Of a stretch of 64,000 nt of DNA, positions 44,363 to 58,700 are shown piece after piece (the first letter of the stretch is position 1; every line of letters begins with the position of its first letter). The notes beneath the pieces were generated by a model. That model had not been told where the DNA came from and made no database searches. It saw only the letters and a list, made by a program, of their open reading frames with translations. Made by a program: the position numbers and the translations under genes. This stretch comes from Azolla caroliniana (taxonomy: Eukaryota; Plantae; Polypodiophyta): positions 2,604,001 through 2,668,000 of the forward strand of contig JBHGNT010000006.1 in assembly GCA_043228905.1 (NCBI GenBank), given 5' to 3'.

Positions 44363-47300
44363 CTACTCCAGATCATCAAAGAACTCATTAGGAATAGTTG
44401 TAGGAGGTGCTATGGTAGCGACACATTTGAACTGCATAAAATAACAAATCGGGTAAACACACATGAGCCCAGTTCAACTCTTGAGTTTTGAAATTTCAAA
44501 AGAAGAAATTAGACCTTGTGTTGCTTGTATTTCTCTCTGATGGCTGGTAGAGTACAATTCTTGGTATTCTTCTGCAACTCGTGGATGGCCTTCACACATT
44601 CCTTCAGCTCAGATGGCTTGTATCCAGAGTAGTGTTGCAAAGTTGCATTCTACATTCATCATAGGACGCACCGATTAAAACTTGAGATTTTTTCAAAAAT
44701 ATGCTGTTCTTTTAAGTTTTAATGGAAAGTAATTATAGCCATCATATTAATGTTAATGTGACCTCTGATCACTCTATATTCCATAGTTAACAAGACCGAG
44801 ATCAATAGAGCTTACCCAAGGCTTGGTTGAGGGATGAAGGGTGAGATTAGCCAAGAAAACAGATGCACCAGCAACCATCGATGGCAAATAGGGAAGGAAG
44901 CCATACTCAAGCATGGTGAGCTCGGCAAGATAATTACCAAGAAACTCAAGTTGCAGTGTAGGTGTCTGAAACACAAGATAAAGAAACTATTAGACCTACT
45001 AAGGTTGGAATAAATTAAGAAAATGGTAGCAAATGCGTTGATTACAAAAAAAATGCATACAATTATTCATACCTTTTGTGATGCTTGGGCAGCTCGAATA
45101 AAACGCCTACATACCAAAATAGTTCAGGAAAATGTGGTCATATTTCATGATCTTATCCATGGAATTTAAGAGCACTTGTCATTGAATTTAAGAACACTTG
45201 TCATCTGGCAGAACATACCGAAGAAAACTCTTGGTTGTTGGGCCCGTGAGCTCAAAATGTAAATGGTTCAAGACATTCCTTTCCATCTCCAGAACCTTAC
45301 GTACACAAACAAACCAATCCATATAACTTGTATTCTTTGCAACACAAAGAGGACAAGAGATATTATTAGCTAAAAGGATTTATGTCCTACCTCTTCTCTG
45401 GTGTATGTATTGTCTGTAATGTAGCAAAACTCTTCCACTTGGGGTGCACATATCTCTTCATATTTCCTGGGAGAATCGATGCCACATCAACAAGTTACGA
45501 AAGATACAAGAAATCATACAGTTTTTGTGGAGGGAAAAAAGCTCGTAGACATACGAAGCGATGAGCATGCAAGCAACACCCAGAAGCTGCAAACGCTGTC
45601 GAGTGACGAGGTTTGCTGAAAGGAAACGGTCTATGTAGGACACTGTCAAGTAGAGAGTGTCTGGAACAAGCTTATATTCCTCTGCTACCTAGAAACCATG
45701 AAATTTGTTATGAATATGAGATTATCATGGCAGTTACCATGAAGGACCTATAAATCTCACACGCTGATGACAGGACATGAAATACCCAAGCATGTTTTTA
45801 TTCACCTCAACAAGCCAGTCAACCAATATGCCCCGCATGCTCGCATTGATATCTTGTTGCAAGCTATCCATGAAATTAGGAACCGGCCTTCTTTTCAACT
45901 GCAAAACATTATTATGGTTTTTACAATAAAGCCACCAATTCACACCAATCTTTGAGAACGTAAAGGTCAAACGACATGTTACAAATCTCGGCCAAATTAT
46001 ATATATTACATCATTGCCATCAACAAAAATATAAACTTACAACATTATACATGCATATCTCACCCACATTACAGTGACATTTACAATAAAACATAATTGT
46101 TACTCATATCATATGTCATTGAGACATTCAGAATAATCCATCAAAATGTCATGATATACAATTTGTCCTTAATGCAAGACATAGTCTTTGCATACTAAAA
46201 CAAACTCTAACCTCAGCCACACGAAGATGGCGATAGATGTCAGCGGCATAAGCACTGCACATTTGTGGGTCTTTATGATTGTCAATATCCATATAGGTTT
46301 TGCTCGACCAACCTTCACTCTCACCATTGGCATTGGCATCAGAAAAAAGGCCACCTGAAAGAACCTTCAGAATCTTAGATAAAAATCTTTCAAAGGCAAA
46401 CAATGTAACAATCACAAATATTTGGGATCTTCCTGGCACAATCACCTATAGGGAAAATCTCAAATAAGTTGAAGATCTCCATTAAGTCATATCAATAGAG
46501 ATCTACATTGCAACAATTATAAGAAGCAAACATACCCATAAAACTACATAAAGAGATTGAAGCAATGATATATAAATAGAGATCCCTTCTTACCTTGCCG
46601 AACACGAGGCCTCAATTCTCTTGAAATGTAGAGACTATTCTGAGTTCTCCTTTCCAGAGATGCAACTGTTTTGCTCTCACTAAAACTAGGTAAAACTTCC
46701 TCTACAGATTCAGACTTCTTTTCAACAGTAGCTAGGCCCAATTCAAAGAAAGAATTCTCATCATTCTCAGAAGTGACAGAGCTCTTTGTCAAAGTGTTCA
46801 ATTCCCCAGCAAACTGTGAGAGCTCAATACCATCTTCACTCTCATTGATTTCCTTGCCCTGAAGAGTAGAGGAAGCAAGAGGAACTCTTGATTTCACACT
46901 GGCAATGGCTCCATGGACAGAAATCTAAGAAGAAGAAGAAGAAGATCCTTCAAACTCTTAACCAAAATATAGAGAAGAAATCAGATAAATCTCGACATAT
47001 AATTATCTTTGCCAAGAAAACCCATCATGATCTAAACAATATTTATCATAACAAAATAAAAATCAAAACAAAGCGCGATTGGAACAATATCAAAATATTG
47101 CAGAAAGAATAACCACAATAAGAACAGAGGCTGTCATAATGCAGATAAAGTTGAAGAGCGAAAAATCAGAATTTTCATCATATAAGAAATTATGTATAAG
47201 CATTATTTCATTTATCGAATTTAACAAATCCATTACAAACATCAACCAAAACAGAAATGGGAAGTTATCAGGATGTACCTGAGATTTGTTAGCTATTTGA

Positions 47301-47560
47301 GCAACTTGCCGAGAAGAAGAAGAATGATTTGTCAAGTTAGCAAGAGCCGCCCTCTTTTTACTTCCTGCATTTGGAGCTTTAGCGTTAAATTCATCCATTG
47401 CTGCGCGCTTGTTCGGAGCTTTGCTCTCTTTTCTGAGAATATTCTCGCTGTCATTAACATGACCATTTGCTGAAGTAACTGTGGATCGAGTGAGCACTGG
47501 AATTTCTCTTCCTCTCAGGCGTCTCGCCATCACTCCCTGATCACTATCTCTACCAGCCAT
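44363..47560 (-). CDS. CYCA: A-type cyclin, 507 aa, 11 coding exons
   Basis: Exons 47560-47279, 46924-46594, 46354-46212, 45898-45806, 45688-45555, 45466-45391, 45295-45219, 45106-45073, 44965-44816, 44649-44515 and 44431-44363 (1524 nt, GT-AG, phases consistent). D-box RAALANLTN, cyclin box MRGILVDWLVEVAEEYKL, LQLLGVACMLIASKYEEI. Confidence 0.93.
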
Positions 47561-48164
47561 TGTTGTATATCTATCTAACTTATATTGATCGGTATGTCTT
47601 TTTACTGATCAAGTCGATGATTTGTGTCTAGATCAGAATAACTATATCATGATTAGAAGACCGATCGATGTAGATCTAAGCTTTTTGGGCTCGAATCTCC
47701 TTCCAATCCTGCATTGAAGAAAAACTAAGCTTCCATGGAACAGATCGTTGGAAGAAAGGGGGGAGGGGGAAAAAAAAATTTAAATTTTTTTAAAAAACAT
47801 GAGAAAAGAAATGCACAGAAGAATGCCTATAAAAATAAAAATAAAATAACGCTTGAAAGAGATCTAAAGCTTCGTAATAGTAGCCAAATTCCTCGAAGCA
47901 GAAGCCAGGAGAGAAGACCAAAAAAAAGAGAGAAAAAAAAATAAGCGGAAGGCAATGCATGCATGAGAGAGGTGAGCATTTGGAGAAGAGAAGAACCTGG
48001 AGAGGCGGAGGTGGGCATGGCCATATGGTTTATGTTGATTAAATTGATGGGGCGGAGGGAGGGAAAGGAGCAGCCAAAACTCTGTTTGATCTAATTAGTC
48101 GACAGAAGGAAGGAAGGAAGAGATGATGGACGGATGGATGGATGGATGGATGATAAAGAAGAAA

Positions 48165-48208
<44 letters not shown>

Positions 48209-48427
48209 TTTCTCCTCCTGCTCTGTCTGTCTGTCTGTCGTGTTTCGCCCTTTTTCTTCCTTCTTCTTCTCTGAGAGAGAGAGAGAGAGAGAGAAGAACA
48301 GACAGAGGAAGAACAGAACAGAACAGAACAGAGAGGAGGGAGGAACGGAGTAGAGTAGGAAATGTGAAAAAGGTTTTTGAATTTGGGCTCCCGCCCAAAT
48401 GGACCTCCTCCTAAGGACGTGCATCCT

Positions 48428-48461
48428 GACCGTCCGATGGACCCCTCTGCATCCAACGGCT
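48428..48461. promoter_or_regulatory. MSA-like (MYB3R-binding) elements upstream of the cyclin
   Basis: TCCAACGGCT at 48452-48461 matches YCYAACGGYY; an imperfect inverted copy GACCGTCCGATGG lies at 48428-48440. Confidence 0.45.
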
Positions 48462-48689
48462 CCCCCCCAAATAGCCCATCACATCACATCACTCCACTCC
48501 ATAGTGTGAACCATGCGTAACATTCGTGCATTCGTGATCGAGAATGATTCAATCATTCGAGAAGGGTAAACACCCTCGACGAATGATAAATACCATACTT
48601 TGGGATTCTTTACTTGATTTACAACATGTTCCCCACTCCAGGCCTTTTTGTCTACCCATTAGTTCCTAAATTACTGTAAAACGTAAATA

Positions 48690-48908
48690 TCAAAATTTCA
48701 TCACTTCATCTCTGAAATTTCAGAAATTTTATCTCTAAAATTTCATCACTGAAATTTCTGAAATTTCATAAGAGAAATTTCATCACTGAAATTTTATCTC
48801 TAAAATTTCATCACAATAATTTCTGAAATTTCATCAAAGAAATTTCTAAAATTTAATAAGAGAAATTTCTGAAATTTCATCACTGAAATTTCATCAGAGA
48901 AATTTAAA
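48690..48908. repeat. Array of short palindromic GAAATTTC-core repeats
   Basis: More than 15 variants of (CT)GAAATTTC(AT/TG) in about 220 bp, followed by AAACCCTAA. Confidence 0.8.
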
Positions 48909-50525
48909 CCCTAATACCTATTATTAAACCTAATTATACCTGAATGTCGTGAGTCGTTGGTATACACTATGCAGATCGTTCGAGGCTAGGTGGGAGAGGA
49001 GAGGAGAGCGTAACGTTACGTGCAAAGGAGAAGGGGGAAAAAGAGGGAAAAAACAAAAAAAGTACTCGATTTGATGTTGACATTTGGATCACGAAAACGC
49101 AAGACAATAATGTGGGTTGGAATGACATGGAACAAAAAGTACTCGGTGTTGAAATTGGATCACGAAAACGCAAGACAATAATTGTAGGTGTTGGTCTTTT
49201 GATAATGGTCATATGGGTTTTGAAGCTTGTATGTCGAGGTTGGTACATATATACGATGGGAGGAGGGAGGGGAGGGGGTGTTATCCTCAAATGCACTCAT
49301 TAATAGAGAAGTTTCGAAAATTGGTTAGGCAAAGATGCTTAGTTAGTATGTTGCTATTTCTTATTATCATGTCTTGTTTTATTTTTGTTAAGTTGCATAA
49401 TATGGTAAGGGAGCACGATTTGATGGGATTGAGGTTGCAATTAGGGAAGCCTTGCATTGAACAAGCTTTAGCAGAGGAATCTTATCATGTTTTCTAGAGA
49501 TATATGTGATAATGTTACCATAGCTAAGGAGAGAGAAAATTATATAAATTTGTCACAACTTTCAAGGTCGATGATTAACATGCATGAGTATGTTATCATT
49601 TCATTTATTGAACTATATGTAAATGAGCTTAGATGGTCATTGTAGACGCTACATCATAATTTGACACCCAGAATATCTAATGGAATGGATGTCTCTTTGT
49701 GTGAAGCTTATGGATTGTATTGGAGGTCCCAATGTTAAACTTCTCATGAAGACCTAAGGTGGTGCAACCAATAACGATACCCATGGTTTCATATAATCTC
49801 CATTGCATTCGGTGGGTAAGATGAATCCATTCCTTCGATTTTTGTTTCAAAGTGTACAACCTTGGACAGAAACAACAATGTTCTTTACTGGAATTACAAA
49901 CATAATTTTAGGGAACATGAAAGTCGAGACAAGTTGGTGGACTGTGACGAATTCTAAAAGAACTATGGAGTGTCATGGGTCTCTAAAAGTGAATCATTTA
50001 GCAGTTGAAGGTTGAGAGGATGTATCGGCAGTTTGCAAATAAAGGTTTTTTGGAAGCGGCGAAGAGGAAGCTCTCCATCTTCGATTTAATCGCAGAGTGA
50101 AGGACGATGATGCCATGAATGTCCCAGATTGGGGCATTAGCAAGGGAACATGAAGGAATCCATCCGGCGATCCACTAACTATGTACGTACATATAACTGA
50201 GAGACAATAATATTGCATGGATAGATCATATCATCATAGAACGAGAGACTTTATAGAAAATCTCTAAGTAAAGGGTTATTTTTTTGGGACTAGTTCTGCA
50301 AATTGTCCATATTTTCTAAGACTAGTAGTTCTGCAAATCTAATTTACAGAGAGAGAGAGAGAGCGAGCATGGTATGGTAGCGTGCAGACGCAATGGCCAA
50401 GCTTCCACGGAATCTCTCCTTTGCGTGTCTACCCAGAAAGCCTTGCAGTATCGCCTTCAGAATGTGGTAAGTAAAGGTAGTCGATCAATTCTTAGCGAGA
50501 CAGAGACAGGAAGACTTGGAGAGAG

Positions 50526-53500
50526 ATGACGCTCTTCCTGGGACTCTTCGCAGGTTTTTTCTTTGGATTGACTGGTATGTGGATATGGAAGTTTATGATA
50601 TCCTGGAGGGGTTAAAGAACGAATCTCCAAGGTAAAATGTACACAGCCCACATGATTTTCTTTTATTTGGCTTTTGAATTGAATAATTAATTATTCCAAT
50701 AGACGGGAATTATCTGGTTAGAATATTTAAATTCACTAAGCTCACGTGAATTTTTTCTCCCTCCTTTTTCTCTGCTTATTTTTATGCAGTAGAGCGCTTC
50801 ATTTTTACATTAGAGCAAGTAACCAGGGCAAATTCACAAAGTTTATATGTTTTTCATTTCTTCAGTTTGAATGGGTATCTAGGGTAAATGCACTAAGTTC
50901 GCATATATATTATTTTTTTAAATGCTTTTATGCAATGGAGGGGATGTTGTTCACCTTAGATCAAGCGTCCAGGGTAAATTTCATCAAGCTCATGTGAATA
51001 TTTGTTTTTTCTTACTTAATGGGTATCTAGGACACAAGCACTAAACTCATACGAAAGATTATCTATTTGTTTTATGTGTCGGAGAGGAATGTTTTATTTT
51101 CAGAATTACAATAGATTGGAAAATACTGTAAACTCACATGTATTTTTTCTTTGTTAAACTTAAATTTTTTTGTGCAGTCAAAGTTTTTTAGTTTCACACT
51201 AGATTGAGGTATTCATTGAGCTCGTATGAAGTTTTTTTTTTCAATGTAGTGGAGGGAATCTGTTTCACCTAAGATTAATACAATGAGTATCTACGAAGCT
51301 CATATGAAGATATTCTCTTTATTACTGCTAATTTTTAATGCAATCGATACCATTTTTTCACCTTCTCATGTGCATCGTGTCTTGGTTTAGGCAGTGGCTT
51401 TGCAGCTTCTTCACCAACTTAACCAAGTTGATGTTAAGAAACTTTGTGCCAACAATTATCCATCATGGGTTTCATTTACAAGCTTTGAGCATGTAAGTAG
51501 AAACAGTAGATTTTGTACAGAGCCACAATATGATGCTTTCACTCTCCCATGTATTTACCTATGTAATAATAACGTCTGAATTGGTAATAAGATAGAGATT
51601 GAAAGAGAGAAGATTTAGTAGTAAATCATCATGGGGTGAATTTAGAAAAATAAATTTCCTACTTTTGGAGAAAAAAATAAATTTCATGTAAGGCACAATG
51701 TGAGAGACAGCCTCTTACTTGCTTGCCTATGCATTGATGAATCATGGATCGATAGATAAGACCAATATGATATGATATGGTATGTAATACTATCCATGGG
51801 AGCCCTATCAAAATAAATCATTTAATTGATTCTCATGCTGGAAATGTCTGGGGACTGGGCCTGTGGTTTAAGTTTCCTATGATGTTCGGTGACTCTTGTA
51901 ATGAGAGCCCAAAGAGAGAGAAAGTAGCAATAAATCATATGATGAGAGCTAAGAAACTTAATTTTCAGTTTCTCGAAAAAAGTAATGTTACAGTGCAACT
52001 GCAGAAATTATAAAATCGTTAGTACTGAAAGATAACTCAAAAAGTTGATGAGATTCACCTACCAAAACCTGTGCTATAAATAGATTAGCTGTAGCCTTTC
52101 GAGGCCAATTAGCTGTAATAAGCTATTTCGCTATAGTGATCTTCGCACATAAAAGCTCACGCTGAACTCCAGACTGATAAACATGTCCTAGTGACCTGTT
52201 GTAAATACCGGTCCGATGATGGTGTAACAAGTACCATATCTTGCGACTTACATAAGAGTTAAGATGCTACACATTATGATTTATTGGTAACTGAAATGGC
52301 TGAATTTACAGCTCGGTTATTTGCTATAGTGGTGCTCATTCACATCAGAAGTGACAAAACTCACCCTTGAAACCATAGGTTAATAAACCTGACGTAGTCA
52401 TCTATCTTAAATACTGGTATCTTCATGAGTACAAATTTTGTAACTATAATTTGCATTCATACTATCATCTAATTATATTGGCGCAGGTGAAATGGCTCAA
52501 TTTACAACTGGATCAAGTTTGGCCATATGTTGCTTTGGTAAGTAAGCTCCATGGCAATTTTGGTAAATGTGCCAAGTCTTGGAATCTGCAAGATGCTTTA
52601 TTTTTTGTACTGTCCTAGGATAGGCAGCATCAAAGATGATTGAATTAAAAGTCGAGCCAATGCTTGCGACATATTGCCCTCCTGGAATTACAATGAAGTT
52701 TGCAAAGCTTTTTCTTGGCACAGTGGCACCACACATTGAAGGTATCCAAATTTTAACACTCGTGGCATAATTCAACATTCATTTCACAAATTTAATACTT
52801 TAGGCAAATCAATAATATAACAAACAGTTACTGCACCAGGAATCAAGATTCAAAATGATACAAAAGGGCATCTTATAATGGATCTAGACTTCAAATGGGG
52901 AGGAAATCCTTCTGCTATTATTGCAGTTGAGACTGTAGTTGGTGCAAAGTTCCCAGTGCAGGTAAGCCATGGGTATTTTCTCTTGATTTTCGTTAGTTGA
53001 GATTGATAAAACTGACAAATGGATAAAAACCATGATTATCTTGTTACCTGAAAACAAGACTTTTGACAATGCTCTACTTTATGCCAAGATTTTTCTTTTG
53101 ATGAGCAAGGGGCAACAGCATAATATGAAAATCTAGAAAGAAACAATAATCAGTGTAAACTTAATTCTGGGGTCAAAAGGTAGCAGATGTTGACAAATAA
53201 TAAGATAATTTTTACGAATGGACTAAGTCTTACAAATCAGCTATTAATACAGATTTAAACTGATCTCTGCAATGCAGATTGGAAAAAGCATCACATTGTT
53301 CACGTATTATGAATCTAGCAGTCAATTATGGCATAATGTGATTTTCAGCTTATATGTAGATACCAGAGAAGAATAACATTATCCTTAGTGTGACTGACTA
53401 TGGTATGAAATTCTGTATTAATAGCTAAAAAATCTCAAAGTCTATGCTGTGGTTAGAGTGATCATGAAACCAATAGAAGATATACCATGCATTTCAGGAG

Positions 53501-55751
53501 TTGCCATCTCACTTTTGAGTCAGGTATGTATTTGGGGCACTTTGACTTCAGGATGAACCAATATGTGAAATAGTATATGCTTTTCAGCAATAAATTATTT
53601 TTACATCAATGATTTTAAGGGGGATACTAACAAGTGATTTCTTGCCAAAATTGTAGCCAAAACCAACAGTAAAATACAATTTAAAACTTATCGGAGGAAG
53701 TATATCTAGTGTTCCTTGGATTTCTGAGTTGATTAAGGTAAAGTTTCTAAAATATGATGAATGGGATTATATGCACAAAGAGAATGGTTAACATTCTCCG
53801 TAATATACATTTTTATGCAAAATTGAACTTCGTTGTGAAGTTACCTAGTAAAGGGAGATGGAAGCAACGAGAGAAATGAAAACCATAGGTGTTTATAAAT
53901 GAGAATGAATAAATATTCGTCTTTTAATGTTTCCCCATTTATTGGTTTCTTGGAAGGCCTGGTACATTTGTCACCCATATGCTTACCTTTTATTCTGAAT
54001 AGATGGGTGTTCTTTAAGGTGGATATCTTGGCAAGAGAAAAGCTAAAGAATTAAGTTTTGTGTGCAGGAAACTGTAGAAACGCTTATCACAGACACCCTG
54101 GAATGGCCACATAGAATTGTAATTCCAATTGCACAACATCCTATTGATTTAAGGTATGTATGTCTGTCTGTCTGTATGTATGTATCTATATCTATCTATC
54201 TATCTATATATGCAATTTTGATTCTTTCTTGTTGTAGAGGTGATTATATTGAGGGTTATTTAAAGAATATCTCTGTTTTACTTGGTATTAAGTCTTCTTT
54301 GTCTGTCAAATGTTTATGGACGTATGTGATTTATGTTGAGATATTAGATGTATCGTGTATCCTTCACATGTTTATATATGCTTTGACCAACCATCTGCAT
54401 TCATTTTTTTATTTGTCTCTTCAATGCTATCATGTTTTGCAATGATACTTGTTTAATGATGAACAGTGATTTGGAGCGAAAGCTTCAAGGCAGGTTGACA
54501 TTGACAGTAATAAGGGCAGCTAAGCTGAAAATGTTTGAAATAATAGGAAAGTCAGATCCGTATGTAGTTCTCTATGTTCGCAAACTATTAAAAAAGAAAA
54601 CCAATGTAATCAAGGATAATCAGCAACCAGAGTGGAATGAAGTATTCGACCTTGATGTCGAGGACAAAGAAACACAGTCACTTGTTTTGCAGGTCTCTTT
54701 CTCTTTGCCATCTCAAGAAAGGTGTTAAGATGTGCTAGTGTAGTTGTCTGGCTACAATATACAAGGAATTTGCAATAGACTTTTAGGTTTACTTGAATTG
54801 CTTATTGAAAATTTCAATATTGAGAATTAGCAAGGACTTTTCTTCCTTAGAGTTGTGAGGAATTTTGTTACCTTAGACTTGATTTTTCTATCCTTAAGCC
54901 ATGGGAAAATTTGCAAATATTAAAGTTGTATTTTCTTTATAGGTCATGGATAAGGATAGTGTGGCAGACAAGTTTATTGGTGTTGTAGTGCTCCCCCTTT
55001 CAGTGCTAAAAGATGAGACTACTGAAGAATTAACGTTAGATCTAGCATCAAAGTTAGAAATGAGCAATGCAAATGCTAGCGAATTCCGTGGCACAATATC
55101 AATCTCAGTAAGTATTGTAAATTAAGAGATTATATGCATAGCACAATGTAATCTACTGTTGCTTACTTTTTATTAAAAAGGACCTACTATTTTTACAGAA
55201 ACACAGAGATGATTTTCATAAAAAAACATTTGAGTTACTTTTAAACTAATTTCTTGGAACAATAAAGCTGTTTCCTCTTAGAGAGAGAACGCTGTTACAA
55301 ATTTCAAGGTGTAGCACAATGTCATGCACCATCACAATGATTTCTAAAAATAAAAACTGAGTTATTTCTAATAGCAAAAAAAGTCATGATAAAACTTAAA
55401 AACAAAAAAGCTGAGATATTTCTAACAAATATTGTTTGTGATGAAATACCCTGGGCTTCAAAATCATAGATCGCTTCTACTAACTCATCTACAGTGAGAC
55501 TGCTACAAAGAAAGGATTAAAAGTAATGCCAAAATTTAACCTCGCTTTATGTGATACAGATAAAGTATCATGTTTTCTCAAAGGAGGAACAAGCTGCAGC
55601 CATTGAAGCTGAAGAGTCTTTTCTTAAGGCAAGACAAATGACTGCAGAAGCACAATATATTGGTGGAGTGATGGATGCCATTGGATCTGTCATGGGAGGA
55701 ACAGGCAAGCTCATAATTGATGGTGCAAGTATTCTTGGAAGTATGGCATAA
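50526..55751 (+). CDS. CLB1: CLB1/SYT7 (NTMC2T4)-like synaptotagmin (TM-SMP-C2), 11 exons; +1 frameshift in exon 1 (possible pseudogene or sequencing error)
   Basis: Exons 50526-50631, 51391-51492, 52487-52537, 52624-52741, 52840-52961, 53425-53523, 53657-53737, 54068-54153, 54467-54692, 54943-55107 and 55560-55751 total 1348 nt (3n+1). Motifs VKWLN..VWPYV, DLDFKWGGNP, LEWPHRIVIPI, IGKSDPYV, EDKETQSL, YHVFSKEEQAAA. Confidence 0.85.
50720..51330. repeat. Degenerate ~60-100-bp repeat array in synaptotagmin intron 1
   Basis: A TTCACTAAGCTCA.RTGAA-like core recurs at about 50731, 50833, 50890, 50979, 51038, 51124, 51211 and 51291. Confidence 0.5.
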
Positions 55752-58700
55752 ATCTAGCTGGTAAAAGCCATGGAAACATCTTATCCAACATGACTTTTGC
55801 TCTTGGATGAAGTAGTATTCCTGATTATAAAGTGTGTTTGATTCATGAATCATCAATCTTTGTAAAGCTTTATTAATCTGCAGTGTGCGCGTGTGACGTA
55901 CACGCATGCGCGTGCACACACACACACACACACCATTCTAAATGAGGACCTTGAATACTAATTTGATGACCCTATAGCTAGTTCCATTTTTAGAGGGTTG
56001 CAACTTAAATCATGCACTCAATGTATTGTCTAACTTACATATATTCTTGATTAGCTCAGATTGGAACCGACTATGTTACAACTTAGCATGTGCAATTACT
56101 CTACTTCTTTAGATCAAGCGTCCAGGGTAAATTTCATCAAGCTCATGTGAATATTTGTTTTTTCTTACTTAATGGGTATCTAGGACACAAGCACTAAACT
56201 CATACGAAAGATTATCTATTTGTTTTATGTGTCGGAGAGGAATGTTTTATTTTCAGAATTACAATAGATTGGAAAATACTGTAAACTCACATGTATTTTT
56301 TCTTTGTTAAACTTAAATTTTTTTGTGCAGTCAAAGTTTTTTAGTTTCACACTAGATTGAGGTATTCATTGAGCTCGTATGAAGTTTTTTTTTTCAATGT
56401 AGTGGAGGGAATCTGTTTCACCTAAGATTAATACAATGAGTATCTACGAAGCTCATATGAAGATATTCTCTTTATTACTGCTAATTTTTAATGCAATCGA
56501 TACCATTTTTTCACCTTCTCATGTGCATCGTGTCTTGGTTTAGGCAGTGGCTTTGCAGCTTCTTCACCAACTTAACCAAGTTGATGTTAAGAAACTTTGT
56601 GCCAACAATTATCCATCATGGGTTTCATTTACAAGCTTTGAGCATGTAAGTAGAAACAGTAGATTTTGTACAGAGCCACAATATGATGCTTTCACTCTCC
56701 CATGTATTTACCTATGTAATAATAACGTCTGAATTGGTAATAAGATAGAGATTGAAAGAGAGAAGATTTAGTAGTAAATCATCATGGGGTGAATTTAGAA
56801 AAATAAATTTCCTACTTTTGGAGAAAAAAATAAATTTCATGTAAGGCACAATGTGAGAGACAGCCTCTTACTTGCTTGCCTATGCATTGATGAATCATGG
56901 ATCGATAGATAAGACCAATATGATATGATATGGTATGTAATACTATCCATGGGAGCCCTATCAAAATAAATCATTTAATTGATTCTCATGCTGGAAATGT
57001 CTGGGGACTGGGCCTGTGGTTTAAGTTTCCTATGATGTTCGGTGACTCTTGTAATGAGAGCCCAAAGAGAGAGAAAGTAGCAATAAATCATATGATGAGA
57101 GCTAAGAAACTTAATTTTCAGTTTCTCGAAAAAAGTAATGTTACAGTGCAACTGCAGAAATTATAAAATCGTTAGTACTGAAAGATAACTCAAAAAGTTG
57201 ATGAGATTCACCTACCAAAACCTGTGCTATAAATAGATTAGCTGTAGCCTTTCGAGGCCAATTAGCTGTAATAAGCTATTTCGCTATAGTGATCTTCGCA
57301 CATAAAAGCTCACGCTGAACTCCAGACTGATAAACATGTCCTAGTGACCTGTTGTAAATACCGGTCCGATGATGGTGTAACAAGTACCATATCTTGCGAC
57401 TTACATAAGAGTTAAGATGCTACACATTATGATTTATTGGTAACTGAAATGGCTGAATTTACAGCTCGGTTATTTGCTATAGTGGTGCTCATTCACATCA
57501 GAAGTGACAAAACTCACCCTTGAAACCATAGGTTAATAAACCTGACGTAGTCATCTATCTTAAATACTGGTATCTTCATGAGTACAAATTTTGTAACTAT
57601 AATTTGCATTCATACTATCATCTAATTATATTGGCGCAGGTGAAATGGCTCAATTTACAACTGGATCAAGTTTGGCCATATGTTGCTTTGGTAAGTAAGC
57701 TCCATGGCAATTTTGGTAAATGTGCCAAGTCTTGGAATCTGCAAGATGCTTTATTTTTTGTACTGTCCTAGGATAGGCAGCATCAAAGATGATTGAATTA
57801 AAAGTCGAGCCAATGCTTGCGACATATTGCCCTCCTGGAATTACAATGAAGTTTGCAAAGCTTTTTCTTGGCACAGTGGCACCACACATTGAAGGTATCC
57901 AAATTTTAACACTCGTGGCATAATTCAACATTCATTTCACAAATTTAATACTTTAGGCAAATCAATAATATAACAAACAGTTACTGCACCAGGAATCAAG
58001 ATTCAAAATGATACAAAAGGGCATCTTATAATGGATCTAGACTTCAAATGGGGAGGAAATCCTTCTGCTATTATTGCAGTTGAGACTGTAGTTGGTGCAA
58101 AGTTCCCAGTGCAGGTAAGCCATGGGTATTTTCTCTTGATTTTCGTTAGTTGAGATTGATAAAACTGACAAATGGATAAAAACCATGATTATCTTGTTAC
58201 CTGAAAACAAGACTTTTGACAATGCTCTACTTTATGCCAAGATTTTTCTTTTGATGAGCAAGGGGCAACAGCATAATATGAAAATCTAGAAAGAAACAAT
58301 AATCAGTGTAAACTTAATTCTGGGGTCAAAAGGTAGCAGATGTTGACAAATAATAAGATAATTTTTACGAATGGACTAAGTCTTACAAATCAGCTATTAA
58401 TACAGATTTAAACTGATCTCTGCAATGCAGATTGGAAAAAGCATCACATTGTTCACGTATTATGAATCTAGCAGTCAATTATGGCATAATGTGATTTTCA
58501 GCTTATATGTAGATACCAGAGAAGAATAACATTATCCTTAGTGTGACTGACTATGGTATGAAATTCTGTATTAATAGCTAAAAAATCTCAAAGTCTATGC
58601 TGTGGTTAGAGTGATCATGAAACCAATAGAAGATATACCATGCATTTCAGGAGTTGCCATCTCACTTTTGAGTCAGGTATGTATTTGGGGCACTTTGACT

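Noticed and set aside
47735-48456. Overlapping 65-121-aa ORFs upstream of the cyclin
   Set aside because: They are translations of (AG)n, (GGAT)n and (AGAAC)n microsatellites in the promoter/5' UTR.
50393-50553. Upstream ATG plus GT-AG intron that might bypass the synaptotagmin frameshift
   Set aside because: The spliced product reaches the exon-1 donor in phase 2 while exon 2 needs phase 0, and it would lose the TM helix.
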